Positions 1-10,569 of a stretch of DNA of 64,000 nucleotides are shown here, piece after piece (position 1 is the first letter of the stretch; each line of letters begins with the position of its first letter). The notes under the pieces were generated by a model. It made no database searches and was not told where the DNA came from. It saw only the letters and a list, made by a program, of their open reading frames with translations. Position numbers and translations under genes: made by a program. Where the stretch lies: assembly GCA_040377305.1 (NCBI GenBank), contig JBEIPA010000002.1, positions 66,245 through 130,244 of the forward strand. The letters run 5' to 3'. Source of the DNA: Flavobacteriales bacterium. GTDB taxonomy: Bacteria; Bacteroidota; Bacteroidia; Palsa-965.

Positions 1-25
1 TAGGGCGGTTTTATTCACAATCTGA

Positions 26-850
26 TCACAATTCCACCTTTGATTGGCGCTTCGTGAGGGCGTAAATGCCTGATAAAAGGATATATGCCACAACCACCAG
101 CGGCAAAGCGCCAAGTTTTAACACAACAAACAGCGAAGCCGCGAGCGCCAGAAATAGATAGCGAATCTCATTGCCTTTCCACTTTAGCGACTTGACCTTG
201 AACGAGAACATCGGAATGGGACTCACCAGGAGTACTGACATCACCACGGTAACAATTGCCAATGTGATTTGTGAATGCCAGAATTCACGCAGCGCAACTT
301 CGAACGCCGACAGACTCTCCATCACACGCGGCAAATAGTCATTGAGAATGTAAGTACGACCATTGAAGAAAAATGCACCGGAATCGTTCAGTCCAAACAA
401 GATCGGTAAACCACAAATCAGCAACGCATTCGCCAGCGTCGGTAAACCAATAAATGATTCCGACTGACGCGTGTCGACATTAAATTTTGCCAGACGCAAC
501 GCAGAAAAAAGCGGCACCATAAATCCGATATACGGAAGCCATTCACTGATCCCACTTCCCCTTCCCCAAAGACCCGTTGGATTCGCATAGCCAATCATCT
601 GAAACATCACCATGCCCGGAACAACACCGAAAGTGACCATGTCCGCCAGCGAATCGAGTTCTTTTCCCATTGGAGAACCTTGCTTCAATCCTCGCGCTGC
701 AAATCCATCCAGGAAATCGAACACACAAGCTATCATCACGAGATAAACCGCGATGCCGATGTTACCATCAATCACATTCAGAATTGCAATGCAACCGCAA
801 AGTAGATTGCCGAGAGAAAGAAGATTGGGAACGGAAAATAATTGCTTCAT
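26..850 (-). CDS. pssA: CDP-diacylglycerol--serine O-phosphatidyltransferase (PssA-type CDP-alcohol phosphatidyltransferase), paralog 1
   Basis: Carries the CDP-OH phosphatidyltransferase motif DGxxARx8Gx3Dx3D as DFLDGFAARGLKQGSPMGKELDSLAD. N-terminus GNLLCGCIAI and SALRLAKFN resemble Bacillus-type PssA. Start is placed at MKQLFSV, the internal Met of the 26..925 ORF. Confidence 0.7.
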   Translation of the reverse strand: MKQLFSVPNLLSLGNLLCGCIAILNVIDGNIGIAVYLVMIACVFDFLDGFAARGLKQGSPMGKELDSLADMVTFGVVPGMVMFQMIGYANPTGLWGRGSGISEWLPYIGFMVPLFSALRLAKFNVDTRQSESFIGLPTLANALLICGLPILFGLNDSGAFFFNGRTYILNDYLPRVMESLSAFEVALREFWHSQITLAIVTVVMSVLLVSPIPMFSFKVKSLKWKGNEIRYLFLALAASLFVVLKLGALPLVVVAYILLSGIYALTKRQSKVEL

Positions 851-884
851 GGTCCAGGTGTAATGATTCTTCAGCCGCGCGGAT

Positions 885-1748
885 TTATCCCGCGGTTGAA
901 GAATCAGGAGCATTCTTCTTCGCAAATAGGTTATTCACCACCGATAACAAAATGTACAGCACAATAATCAATGGCAACGCAATGAACTTCAGCAACACCA
1001 TCATCACAACCGCAGCCGCAAGGAATGAATAACGCAGTTCGTTTCCTCTCAACTTAAAGGATTTGAATTTGAGTGCGAAAAGTGGGATTTCGGATATCAA
1101 CAAATAAGACATAATCAGCGAAAGAGCCACATAATGCCATGTCCAATCAGCGTGACCTATCAATTCAAATAAAGGTCCATCTACCTTGTGGAGATCAAAC
1201 AATTCCCCACCAAAATTTTGAAGTCCGACCTGATGGTAAAGAATAAGTGGAATTGAGCAAATTAGAATCGAACTAGCTGGTGTTGGAACTCCAATGAATG
1301 AATCGGACTGACGCGTGTCATTGTTGAATTTCGCAAGACGCAATGCTGAAAATAAAGTAACCAGAAATGCTGTAAATGGCAATAAGTGTATAGTCTCGAA
1401 GGGTTGATTCAAATTGCCGCCTACCCATAAGTCTCCAAATTGATTCGAAGAAGGAAACATAAACCCCGGATCTGACCACTGCAGTGACGTGCGCATCAAA
1501 TGATACAAGACAACACCCGGCACCACACCAAACGTCACCATATCCGCCAGTGAATCGAGATCTTTTCCGATTGGAGAATGTTGCTTCAATGCACGCGCTA
1601 CAAATCCGTCCAGAAAATCCAACACCGCTGCGATGCCCACGAGATAAGCGGCCCAAACCAAATTGCCATTGAATGCGAATACAATTGCAAGACAACCGCA
1701 GAAGAGATTTCCGAGTGTAATGATATTGGGAATGGTGAAGAGCTTCAT
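885..1748 (-). CDS. pssA: PssA-type CDP-alcohol phosphatidyltransferase, tandem paralog 2
   Basis: Same motif set: DFLDGFVARALKQHSPIGKDLDSLAD, GNLFCGCLAI, SALRLAKFN. About 50 percent identical to the downstream paralog. Start is chosen at MKLFTIPN. Confidence 0.65.
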   Translation of the reverse strand: MKLFTIPNIITLGNLFCGCLAIVFAFNGNLVWAAYLVGIAAVLDFLDGFVARALKQHSPIGKDLDSLADMVTFGVVPGVVLYHLMRTSLQWSDPGFMFPSSNQFGDLWVGGNLNQPFETIHLLPFTAFLVTLFSALRLAKFNNDTRQSDSFIGVPTPASSILICSIPLILYHQVGLQNFGGELFDLHKVDGPLFELIGHADWTWHYVALSLIMSYLLISEIPLFALKFKSFKLRGNELRYSFLAAAVVMMVLLKFIALPLIIVLYILLSVVNNLFAKKNAPDSSTAG

Positions 1749-1768
1749 GAAGAGCGAAGATAGCAATT

Positions 1769-1872
1769 CAGTAGGCAGTAAGCAGTAGGTCAGTTGGCAG
1801 TCAATATGACAATTTATTCAACCCGACATTTTTACCCGACTGCCTACTGCACTACTGCCAAACTGCCTACTT
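1769..1872. repeat. CAGT-unit imperfect palindromic repeat array (locus A) in a divergent promoter region
   Basis: Left arm is CAGTAGG/CAGTAAG/CAGTAGG/CAGTTGG/CAGT; right arm is ACTGCCTACTGCACTACTGCCAAACTGCCTACT, the inverted counterpart. An AT-rich spacer lies between the arms. Confidence 0.5.
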
Positions 1873-1879
1873 TTATCCA

Positions 1880-3289
1880 ATGGGCTTTAACTCGCTGGAG
1901 TTCCTCTTCTTCCTTCCCATCGTCTTCGGCGTCTACTGGATTCTTCCGCACCGCTGGCGAAATACATTCCTGCTCATAGCCAGCTACTATTTCTACATGA
2001 GCTGGAATCCGTGGTTTGGGATTTTGCTTTTCGGAACTACGCTTATCGATTGGAAATGCGCATTGGAAATGGAGAAATCCGCGCTCCAAAGCAAACGTCG
2101 TGTGTGGCTCATGTTCAGTCTGATCAGCAATCTCGGTGTGCTCGCGGCTTTCAAGTACAGCGCATTTTTCTACAACACATTCGAGTGGACACGTGCCGCA
2201 ATCGCTGACGATACCGCGCACTATATGCAGGCCATTCTCATTCCGGTCGGACTTTCCTTCTACGTCTTTCACTCGCTCAGTTACATCATCGACGTGTATC
2301 GTGCGAAAATTTCTGCGGAGAAAAACTTCGGGACGTTTGCACTCTTCGTTTCGTTCTTTCCACAGCTGGTAGCAGGACCCATCGCGCGTTTCGGTGATCT
2401 CGGTGTACAATTTCACACACAGAAATTCCTGAAGAGCGAAGCATTCATCTCCGGAATTCGCCTCGCAATCTGGGGATTCTTCAAGAAAATTGTCATCGCG
2501 GATCGACTTGCGGAGTTTGTGAATCCGGTTTTTGATTCTCCACAAAATTTCAATGGACTCACACTCCTCATCACCGGATTCTTTTTCGTCGTTCAAGTGT
2601 ATTGCGACTTCTCCGGGTATTCCGACATCGCCATGGGTGTTGCACGCATGTTCGGATTCGAATTGAAACTAAACTGGCGTCGACCTCTGCTTTCAAAATC
2701 ACTGCACGAATTCTGGTCGCGCAATCACATCAGCATGACTACCTGGTTCCGCGATTACGTCTACTTTTCATTGGGCGGAAGTCGCGTCAAAGTGCGACGA
2801 ATGTATCTCAATCTGTTCCTCGTATTTCTCATCAGCGGACTCTGGCATGGAGCGGCGTGGACATTCATTATCTGGGGCGCGATGCATGGCGTGATGTACA
2901 TCGTTGAACATTTGCTCAAGGACAAATTCAAAATCAAATTTCTGGGTTGGCCATACTTGATTTTGTTTCACACCATCACACTCATTGCATTCCGTGCCAA
3001 TTCATTTCACGATCTCGGAATTTTCTATTCCAAAATTTTCAGTTTCGATTGGCAACTAAGGCCAGCTTTCATTGAGTTAGCCGACCTGACTGGAAAATTA
3101 CCATTGGCGCTCGCATTCTTCGGAATTCTATTTCTCTTCGCGAAAGAAGTCAGCGAAGAATACAAATGGTTTTACGGAGTTCGAACACTTGAAAATGTCT
3201 GGAGACCTGTGTTTTATAGTTTTCTATTCGTCACCATTTTCGTCATCGGACAATTCAGTGCTAACGAGTTTATTTATTTCCACTTCTGA
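1880..3289 (+). CDS. MBOAT family membrane-bound O-acyltransferase (AlgI/DltB-like)
   Basis: 469 aa, polytopic. Conserved MBOAT region with His in GLWHGAAWTFIIWGAMHG. Architecture resembles alginate O-acetylase AlgI and DltB. Confidence 0.8.
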   Translation: MGFNSLEFLFFLPIVFGVYWILPHRWRNTFLLIASYYFYMSWNPWFGILLFGTTLIDWKCALEMEKSALQSKRRVWLMFSLISNLGVLAAFKYSAFFYNTFEWTRAAIADDTAHYMQAILIPVGLSFYVFHSLSYIIDVYRAKISAEKNFGTFALFVSFFPQLVAGPIARFGDLGVQFHTQKFLKSEAFISGIRLAIWGFFKKIVIADRLAEFVNPVFDSPQNFNGLTLLITGFFFVVQVYCDFSGYSDIAMGVARMFGFELKLNWRRPLLSKSLHEFWSRNHISMTTWFRDYVYFSLGGSRVKVRRMYLNLFLVFLISGLWHGAAWTFIIWGAMHGVMYIVEHLLKDKFKIKFLGWPYLILFHTITLIAFRANSFHDLGIFYSKIFSFDWQLRPAFIELADLTGKLPLALAFFGILFLFAKEVSEEYKWFYGVRTLENVWRPVFYSFLFVTIFVIGQFSANEFIYFHF

Positions 3290-4227
3290 TGCAACGAGCG
3301 CTGATATATTTCGCCCTGGCTATCGGATTACTTTACGTGATCCGCGAACTCGAGTACGTGGGTGTGCGTAAAGTTGAGAACGGGGAATTTGCGAAGCTGA
3401 GAACAACTTTCCTCGAAGAAAACGATTTCGATCTTATCGTCATTGGTTCTTCAAGAGCAGAATGCCAGTACTACACACCGATTATTGATTCAGCAACCGG
3501 ATTGAATTGCTATAACATAGGTATGACTGGAGCAACAATGCCATTCATCGCATCAACATTAGAAGCTTACCTCGTTCATAGCAAAGTACCGAAGTATGTC
3601 ATTCTAAATTTAGATCTGCATACTTTGGGCGACAACAACGACACGGTGTATAGATTTCCACGCTATTTCCCCTTCCTGGAAAATGAAAAATTGTATGACG
3701 GATTGCAAAATCGCGATGGGCGTTTCGCGTTGTTTAAGTTGTTCCCGTTTTACAGTATGCCATACTTCAACAACCGTTACCTCAGCAATTCGGTCCACGG
3801 ATGGATGGGCACGCCGACCCAATTCGACGACGATTACGTGAAAGGATTTTCACCATCTATTCCTGATCCTACCTGGGGAGATCTGGACACCGCAAAAATG
3901 ATTGAAACACATGCGGAAATTCCTCAGGAGGTTTGGGATGCGGTGAACGACATCAATGAAATCTGTAGTGCGAACGGCTCACAATTAATTTTCGTAATCA
4001 GTCCCCTCTATTACCGACAGGAAGCCGTGGTAAAAAACTATGCCACATCTTACAAAGCATTTAACGATTACGCAGGATCCAACAACATCCTTTGGATTGA
4101 TCCGGCAGACGGAGTCCTGAACCACCAAAAGCAGTTCTACGCCGATCCCGCTCACCTGAACAGCGAAGGCGCCCAGCTGTTTACACGTCGTTTTTGTTCT
4201 ATACTGGTGCAATATCTCGACAAATAA
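3289..4227 (+). CDS. Hypothetical protein, likely acyl-transfer partner of the MBOAT (DltD/AlgJ-like role)
   Basis: Start overlaps the MBOAT stop (ATGA), so the two are translationally coupled. One N-terminal TM/signal segment. No motif I can name with certainty. Confidence 0.4.
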   Translation: MQRALIYFALAIGLLYVIRELEYVGVRKVENGEFAKLRTTFLEENDFDLIVIGSSRAECQYYTPIIDSATGLNCYNIGMTGATMPFIASTLEAYLVHSKVPKYVILNLDLHTLGDNNDTVYRFPRYFPFLENEKLYDGLQNRDGRFALFKLFPFYSMPYFNNRYLSNSVHGWMGTPTQFDDDYVKGFSPSIPDPTWGDLDTAKMIETHAEIPQEVWDAVNDINEICSANGSQLIFVISPLYYRQEAVVKNYATSYKAFNDYAGSNNILWIDPADGVLNHQKQFYADPAHLNSEGAQLFTRRFCSILVQYLDK

Positions 4228-4279
4228 CCCGTTTTTCATTCGCACATCGTGTTTGATCCGTATCCATCTGCCTTTTTCA

Positions 4280-4314
4280 ATCGGCATATTGGCATATCGG
4301 CACATCGGCACATC
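4280..4314. repeat. 8-bp tandem repeat GGCAYATC (locus 1), 28-62 nt upstream of porV
   Basis: Reads aatcGGCATATTGGCATATCGGCACATCGGCACATC, 4-5 units, followed by a T-run. Confidence 0.6.
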
Positions 4315-4341
4315 ATTTTTTAGTAATTTTAGAGGAATAAT

Positions 4342-5424
4342 ATGAAAAAGCTTACCCTGCTTTTCCTGTTGCTGGCAAGCACTGGAATTCTCGAGCTAAA
4401 CGCGCAGATCCGAAAGTACAGTAATGAATTCCTCGCCATTGGTGTTGGCGGCCGCGCATTCGGTATGGGCGGAGCAACTGTTGCCGGTGTAAATGATGTA
4501 ACATCAGGCTACTGGAATCCGGCAGGACTGATGGGAATCAAAAACGATTTTCAAACCGGCCTCATGCACTCTGAATATTTTGCTTCTATTGCGAAGTACG
4601 ATTACGGTGCAGTTGCCGGAAAAATAGACAGCACTTCTGCGTTTGCATTCAGTGTAATTCGTTTTGCCGTTGATGACATCGCAAACACAACGCAACTCAT
4701 TGATGCCGGCGGAAATCTCGATTACGATCGCATCACAACTTTTTCTGCACAGGATTATGCGTTCATTTTCTCGTATGCAAGATCAATGTCCATTCCCGGG
4801 TTATCAGTCGGTGGAAATTTCAAAATCATTCGCCGCAAGGTTGGCGATTTTGCAGGTGCATGGGGATTTGGAATTGATGCGGGTGCACAATACAGATTGG
4901 GCGAATGGCAGTTCGGTGCAGTGATGCGCGATGTGACTTCTACGTTCAATGCCTGGAGCTACACACTTTCTCAGGAAATGATTGACGCGTTCCAACAAAC
5001 CGGAAATGAAATTCCTAAAAATGGTTTGGAGCTTACCATGCCGCGATTGATTATCGGTGTGAGCAGAACATGGACGTTTGGAAAGAAAGAACAGTTTTCT
5101 GCTGGTGGAGAATTCGATATGATCAATACATTCGACGGAGAACGCAATGTCATTCTGAAAACACCATTCTGGAGTATGGAACCGATTCTCGGTCTTGAAG
5201 GTGGTTTCAAAAACCTGATTTTCCTTCGCGCAGGTATCAGCAACATTCAGAAAGCAAAAGACATTCTCGGAAGTCCGGTCACAACATTCCAACCGAATTT
5301 CGGATTAGGTATAAAAATTAAATCGGTGTCGATTGACTACTCCCTCACAGATATCGGCGATCAGTCAGTTGCACTATACTCGAATGTCTTCTCGTTGCGA
5401 CTCGATCTCGACAGAAGAAAATAA
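4342..5424 (+). CDS. porV: Type IX secretion outer membrane protein PorV (LptO), FadL-like beta-barrel
   Basis: Has a signal peptide. N-terminal hatch-like motif GVGGRAFGMGGATVAGVNDVTSGYWNPAGL (FadL/PorV type). It lies 24 nt upstream of porU. At 360 aa the size fits PorV. Confidence 0.6.
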   Translation: MKKLTLLFLLLASTGILELNAQIRKYSNEFLAIGVGGRAFGMGGATVAGVNDVTSGYWNPAGLMGIKNDFQTGLMHSEYFASIAKYDYGAVAGKIDSTSAFAFSVIRFAVDDIANTTQLIDAGGNLDYDRITTFSAQDYAFIFSYARSMSIPGLSVGGNFKIIRRKVGDFAGAWGFGIDAGAQYRLGEWQFGAVMRDVTSTFNAWSYTLSQEMIDAFQQTGNEIPKNGLELTMPRLIIGVSRTWTFGKKEQFSAGGEFDMINTFDGERNVILKTPFWSMEPILGLEGGFKNLIFLRAGISNIQKAKDILGSPVTTFQPNFGLGIKIKSVSIDYSLTDIGDQSVALYSNVFSLRLDLDRRK

Positions 5425-5448
5425 CCCCACGGATCGGGCGGTCCGTAA

Positions 5449-8400
5449 ATGAATTGCATGAAGCAGCTATACGCGCTGATCGTTTCATTACTGGCTGTTC
5501 TTCCTGCTGTTTCACAAACACGCGGGAACGAGTGGATCGATTATTCCCAGAAGTATCTGAAGATTAAAGTTGCTGCGAATGGAATTTATCGCATCGACTC
5601 TACTGCACTTTCAAATGCCATTGCTCCTACCGGATTTTCACTTGCGTTAATTGATCCACGCAATTTTCAGCTATTCGCGAATGGTGTCGAAGAATACATT
5701 TTCGTGAACGGAGAAGGCGATGGTGTGTTCAACACTGGCGACTATATCGAATTCATCGGCAGAAGAAACACCGGTGCGAAAGACGCAGAGTTGTACAACA
5801 ACACGACGCAACTGAATCCCTACTTCAGTTTATTCACGGATACCACGACGTATTTCCTGACGTGGAATTCGAGCACCAGCAATCGTCGTTTAACTGTGAC
5901 GAATGATACAACGTTCAGCACGTATACACTATCGACGTACTTCATGAACGAAGAACTCTTCGCAGGCGGACAAGTTTACCTTCCCGGAAAAAGTGATCCG
6001 CAAGGCATGACAGATCCTGAATACCTGGATGATGAAGGCTTTTACTATTACGATGCAGGATACGGCGGACCACAAACGTTTAACCTGAATTCTCAATTCG
6101 CCGATCCATCCGGACCTGCAGCTGTTGCACGTTTGCGTGTGGGAACTCACTCGAATGATTGGAACATCGGGAACGACAATGATATTCAGATTACTTATCC
6201 CACTTCTGTCTTCGATACCATTTACGATGGCTTTGCAGCAGCAACTTATTCCAATACGTTTCCGGTCACTGCATTGGGCGCAACGACCACACCATTCACA
6301 GTAAATAATGTGAACATTTTCAATTCAGTGTCATCAGGACGCTATGCACTTGCATGGATCACGCTGAAGTATCCGCACACGTTCAACATGGAGTCGCGCA
6401 CTTTCTTCCGTGGATTTCTTCCGGATCACGCATCACAAAGTAAATCGCGCATTGCAGCTGTTAATATGGGTGGAAGCGGTATCCCACGCTACTACGATTT
6501 GCACAATCACGAACGTATTGATGGCGTACTCACTGGAAATGGATACGAGTTCCTCATCAACAACGGCAATGGCAGCGAAAAAGAATTCGTGATGTCCACC
6601 GACGGCAACGCGATTGCGGTCACAAACATTTCTCCGGTCAACACGAATGGCACCTTCACTGATTTCTCATTACTGCAAAGTGATTCCGCATTCGTAATCG
6701 TAAGCGCACCCCGTTTGTGGAATGTGGCCAACGACTACGAAACGTATCGTTCTTCAATTGCCGGTGGAAGTCGCGATGTAGTTCTTGCAAACATCTGGGA
6801 ACTTTACGATCAGTTCGCGTGGGGACAAGCATACAATCCACTTGCAATTCGTCACTTCTGCGGTTACCTCAACGACACCTTCCCTACTCCACCCGCACAT
6901 CTGCTACTTCTTGGAAAATCAATTGAAGGTTCAACCTCCCGTGCAGGATGGATGGGATTGAATCTTGTTCCAACCATGGGCTATCCTCCTACAGACAATA
7001 CCATCACCGCGGGATTATTTACACCGGGACAATGGTCATGCGGAGTACCAACCGGACGTATTGCAGCACAAGACAGCGCAAGTGCTCAGTGGTATCTCGA
7101 CAAAGTAATTGAATACGAAAACAATCAGCCTGCAGAATGGATGAAGAATGTCTTGCATTTCGGTGGAGGAACAACGGCGGGTGAACAGCAACAATTCTCC
7201 ACGTATCTGAACAGCTACAAATACACCATTGAAGACACTTCATTCGGAGGAAATGTGAATTCGTACTTCAAAACCTCTTCTGCGCCGATACAGATCAATC
7301 TAAGCGACACACTTCGCGATCAGATTGAGACCGGGGTTTCCATCATGACGTTTTTCGGTCACGCATCTGGTACTGGTTTCGATCAGAGTATTGATGATCC
7401 GGCGAATTACAACAACTTCGATCGCTATCCATTGCTCATTGCGAACTCGTGTTACGCGGGTGATATTCACACCACAGGAATCAGTTCCAGTGAAGCATTC
7501 ACTTTGCTCGATGGAAAAGGAACAATTGGCTACATCGCATCAGTGAGTTTGGGAAGTCCGCCATTCCTGGATGTGTACTCCAGTGGCTTGTACCGCGGAA
7601 TTGGTGATACACTTTACGGAAGAAGCATTGGCGAGTGTATGCAGTATGCTACAAATCGCGCACAACAGGTTTCCAGCTTTCCTACAATGAAATTTACTGC
7701 GCAGGAAATGACATTGCAAGGTGATCCATCGGTTGTGATTAATTCGTTCACACAACCTGACTACGCTATCTCCACTGCAGATGTGTATTTTGATGTTGCA
7801 ACACATCCGGATTCTATCATCGTTCATGCCGTGATGACAAACATTGGCAAAGCAATTTCCGACACGATGATTGTTCGCATTCAACGCGATTTCCCAAATG
7901 GTGATACTGCAGTTTACTATACGCAGGTACCAACTCCGAAATTCAAAGACACACTGGCAGTGACCATGCCGCTGGACATTCAGAATGCAGTTGGGTTGAA
8001 CAACTTCACCGTATGGCTCGATTACTACGGACAAATTCCTGAGTTGAATGAAATGAACAACCGGAATTCACCTCCCGCACAACTACTCATTCGCGGAAGT
8101 GCAATTGTTCCGATCTATCCGTACAACTTCGCCGTGATACAGACTGATACAGTGACGTTGAAAGCATCAACCATCAATCCGATGGAACCTTTTCGTTCGT
8201 GGAGATTCCAGATTGACACGACAGATTTATTCAACTCACCTTTCCTCCAAAGTCAACAGGTGTTTGATTCGGGTGGAGTTGTGCAGTGGCATCCGAATTT
8301 CAATTTCACCGACAGCACGGTTTACTTCTGGCGTGTGAGCCCCGATTCACTTGTCCCTGGAGACGGATTCTTGTGGCAACCGCATTCCTTCCAGTACATC

Positions 8401-10449
8401 GCTGGGCAAACGGGTTGGGGACAAGACCACATTTACCAATACACAAACGATGGTTATCAGTTTGTGAAACTGAATAGGCAACAAAGAGAATTCGAGTTCG
8501 TGGATGACGTGAAAGTGTTGTCGGTAAAAGATGGTGTGTATGGATTTCCCAACATCGTTTGGAATGAAGTGTATTACAAACTCAACGGGGCTACACAACA
8601 TATTTTCTCGTGTACACCTGCGTTCGGTCAGTCGGGAGCTGCAATTGCAGTGATTGATCCAGTAACCGGAATGCCATGGTCGCACAACGACACAATCGTC
8701 GGACAATATCCGAACGGTGTATTGAACTGTGTTGGTGCAAATCAAGTGTTGTATGCATTCGATTTCATGGATCCGGATCAAACGAACCGTGATCTGATGC
8801 GCGATTTCATCAACGGAATTCCTAACGGTCATTACGTGCTTGTGTACAGCCAGTATCTGCATCACAACACATCGTATGACTTGTCATTGCAAAATGCGTT
8901 ACAGGGAATCGGAAGTAATGTCGTTGCCGGCGCTGCAATTCCCGATACACTTCCATGGATTGTGTGGGGAGTGAAAGGCGCAGCTCCGGGAACTGCAACT
9001 GAAGTTGTGGGCACACTCGCGAATCAATACATCTATCTAACCGATACGTTCCAGACGAATTGGAATTCCGGTTTTGTTGCGTCGCCGTTGATCGGACCGG
9101 CACAAAGTTGGGGCTCACTCCATTGGAAGCAACACGCATCTGAAGTTCCGGATTACGACAGCGTTTATCTTGAAGTAATCGGTGTGCGAATGGACGGAAC
9201 AACACAACAGCTCCTCGTGCTTGAAGAAGATTCTACGGATTATTACAATCTCGGTTCGCTCATACCAGCAGGAATGTATCCGTATTTGCGATTAGTTGCG
9301 CACATGAAAGACGACACATCGCGTACACCACCACAACTCGATCGTTGGCACGTATTGTTCACACCTTGGCCTGATGCTGCAGTGAATCCGCAGTTGACGC
9401 ACACATTCTACAACGATTCATTGCAGGAAGGCGACACTGCACGCTTCACTGTTGGTATTGAAAATGTAACGCCGTGGGCTTTCACCGATAGTATGCTCAT
9501 CGAATCGTGGATCATTGATGAAAATCGTGTGCGTCACGATTTGCCTCCGTTGCTACGTGCTCCATCTTTCTTCGGAAACACGTGGTATCCGCAAACGATT
9601 AATGTGAGCACAGAAGGTTATCCGGGCTACAACGAATTGTGGATGGAAATCAATCCGCTCGGCGATCTGAACACGCAACCGGAATACGTTCACTTCAACA
9701 ACGTAATCATGACACCGTTCTTCGTCGGAACTGATCATGTTAATCCCTTGATGGATGTTACGTTCGATGGTGTACACATTCTTGATGGTGACATCATTTC
9801 CGGAAAGCCAACAATTCTGATTTCACTGAAAGATGAAAACCAATTCCTGGCGCTGAATGACACGAACGACTTTCAGGTATTTCTCAGAAGTCCTTCGCAA
9901 GGCGTTGCACAATTAATTCCGTGGAGTAGTGAAATGATGTTCACTCCTGCGCAGTTGCCGAACAACAGTGCGAAGATTGTGTACACTCCTACGCTACTTG
10001 AAGATGGAGTTTACGAATTGATTGTGCAGGCAAAAGACCGTTCTGACAACGCAAGCGGCATGATTGACTACAACATCACGTTTGAAGTCATCAACAAAGC
10101 AACGATCACCAATGTATTGAACTACCCGAATCCGTTCTCGACTTCCACACGCTTTGTCTTCACGCTCACCGGTAGTCAGGTTCCTGATGTGTTTACCATC
10201 CAGATCATGACCATCACCGGAAAAGTCGTTCGTGAAATTGACAAAGATGAACTCGGCAATCTTCACATCGGACGCAACGTCACTGATTATGCATGGGATG
10301 GACTCGATGAATTCGGCGACCCGCTCGCGAACGGCGTTTATCTCTATCGCGTGATCACCCGCATGAATGGTGAAGCCATCGAACAACGCGAAAGCGGAGC
10401 CGATCCGTATATCATGAATGGTTGGGGGAAGATGTACTTAATGCGTTAA
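5449..10449 (+). CDS. porU: Type IX secretion system sortase PorU (C25 gingipain-family peptidase with C-terminal T9SS domain)
   Basis: 1666 aa. N-terminus NEWIDYSQKYLKIKVAANGIYRID resembles PorU. CD-clan peptidase motifs FFGHASG and ANSCYAGD are present. C-terminal about 90 aa, YPNPFSTSTRFVF...GVYLYRV, is a T9SS CTD (Por_Secre_tail). Confidence 0.7.
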   Translation: MNCMKQLYALIVSLLAVLPAVSQTRGNEWIDYSQKYLKIKVAANGIYRIDSTALSNAIAPTGFSLALIDPRNFQLFANGVEEYIFVNGEGDGVFNTGDYIEFIGRRNTGAKDAELYNNTTQLNPYFSLFTDTTTYFLTWNSSTSNRRLTVTNDTTFSTYTLSTYFMNEELFAGGQVYLPGKSDPQGMTDPEYLDDEGFYYYDAGYGGPQTFNLNSQFADPSGPAAVARLRVGTHSNDWNIGNDNDIQITYPTSVFDTIYDGFAAATYSNTFPVTALGATTTPFTVNNVNIFNSVSSGRYALAWITLKYPHTFNMESRTFFRGFLPDHASQSKSRIAAVNMGGSGIPRYYDLHNHERIDGVLTGNGYEFLINNGNGSEKEFVMSTDGNAIAVTNISPVNTNGTFTDFSLLQSDSAFVIVSAPRLWNVANDYETYRSSIAGGSRDVVLANIWELYDQFAWGQAYNPLAIRHFCGYLNDTFPTPPAHLLLLGKSIEGSTSRAGWMGLNLVPTMGYPPTDNTITAGLFTPGQWSCGVPTGRIAAQDSASAQWYLDKVIEYENNQPAEWMKNVLHFGGGTTAGEQQQFSTYLNSYKYTIEDTSFGGNVNSYFKTSSAPIQINLSDTLRDQIETGVSIMTFFGHASGTGFDQSIDDPANYNNFDRYPLLIANSCYAGDIHTTGISSSEAFTLLDGKGTIGYIASVSLGSPPFLDVYSSGLYRGIGDTLYGRSIGECMQYATNRAQQVSSFPTMKFTAQEMTLQGDPSVVINSFTQPDYAISTADVYFDVATHPDSIIVHAVMTNIGKAISDTMIVRIQRDFPNGDTAVYYTQVPTPKFKDTLAVTMPLDIQNAVGLNNFTVWLDYYGQIPELNEMNNRNSPPAQLLIRGSAIVPIYPYNFAVIQTDTVTLKASTINPMEPFRSWRFQIDTTDLFNSPFLQSQQVFDSGGVVQWHPNFNFTDSTVYFWRVSPDSLVPGDGFLWQPHSFQYIAGQTGWGQDHIYQYTNDGYQFVKLNRQQREFEFVDDVKVLSVKDGVYGFPNIVWNEVYYKLNGATQHIFSCTPAFGQSGAAIAVIDPVTGMPWSHNDTIVGQYPNGVLNCVGANQVLYAFDFMDPDQTNRDLMRDFINGIPNGHYVLVYSQYLHHNTSYDLSLQNALQGIGSNVVAGAAIPDTLPWIVWGVKGAAPGTATEVVGTLANQYIYLTDTFQTNWNSGFVASPLIGPAQSWGSLHWKQHASEVPDYDSVYLEVIGVRMDGTTQQLLVLEEDSTDYYNLGSLIPAGMYPYLRLVAHMKDDTSRTPPQLDRWHVLFTPWPDAAVNPQLTHTFYNDSLQEGDTARFTVGIENVTPWAFTDSMLIESWIIDENRVRHDLPPLLRAPSFFGNTWYPQTINVSTEGYPGYNELWMEINPLGDLNTQPEYVHFNNVIMTPFFVGTDHVNPLMDVTFDGVHILDGDIISGKPTILISLKDENQFLALNDTNDFQVFLRSPSQGVAQLIPWSSEMMFTPAQLPNNSAKIVYTPTLLEDGVYELIVQAKDRSDNASGMIDYNITFEVINKATITNVLNYPNPFSTSTRFVFTLTGSQVPDVFTIQIMTITGKVVREIDKDELGNLHIGRNVTDYAWDGLDEFGDPLANGVYLYRVITRMNGEAIEQRESGADPYIMNGWGKMYLMR

Positions 10450-10526
10450 TTGGAACGCGGATGTTGAAGCCCAACGTTTTCAAGGCCTCGCCCGGATCAT
10501 TGCGGTATATAGAAAAGACAGGAAAA

Positions 10527-10569
10527 GGATTTTATGAGATAGATTTGTTAAGCCTATCTCATAAAATCC
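10527..10569. terminator. Perfect 16-bp stem hairpin downstream of porU (terminator or REP-like element)
   Basis: GGATTTTATGAGATAG, 11-nt loop, CTATCTCATAAAATCC. No T-tract on the plus strand; a T-rich tail would follow on the minus strand. Confidence 0.35.
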
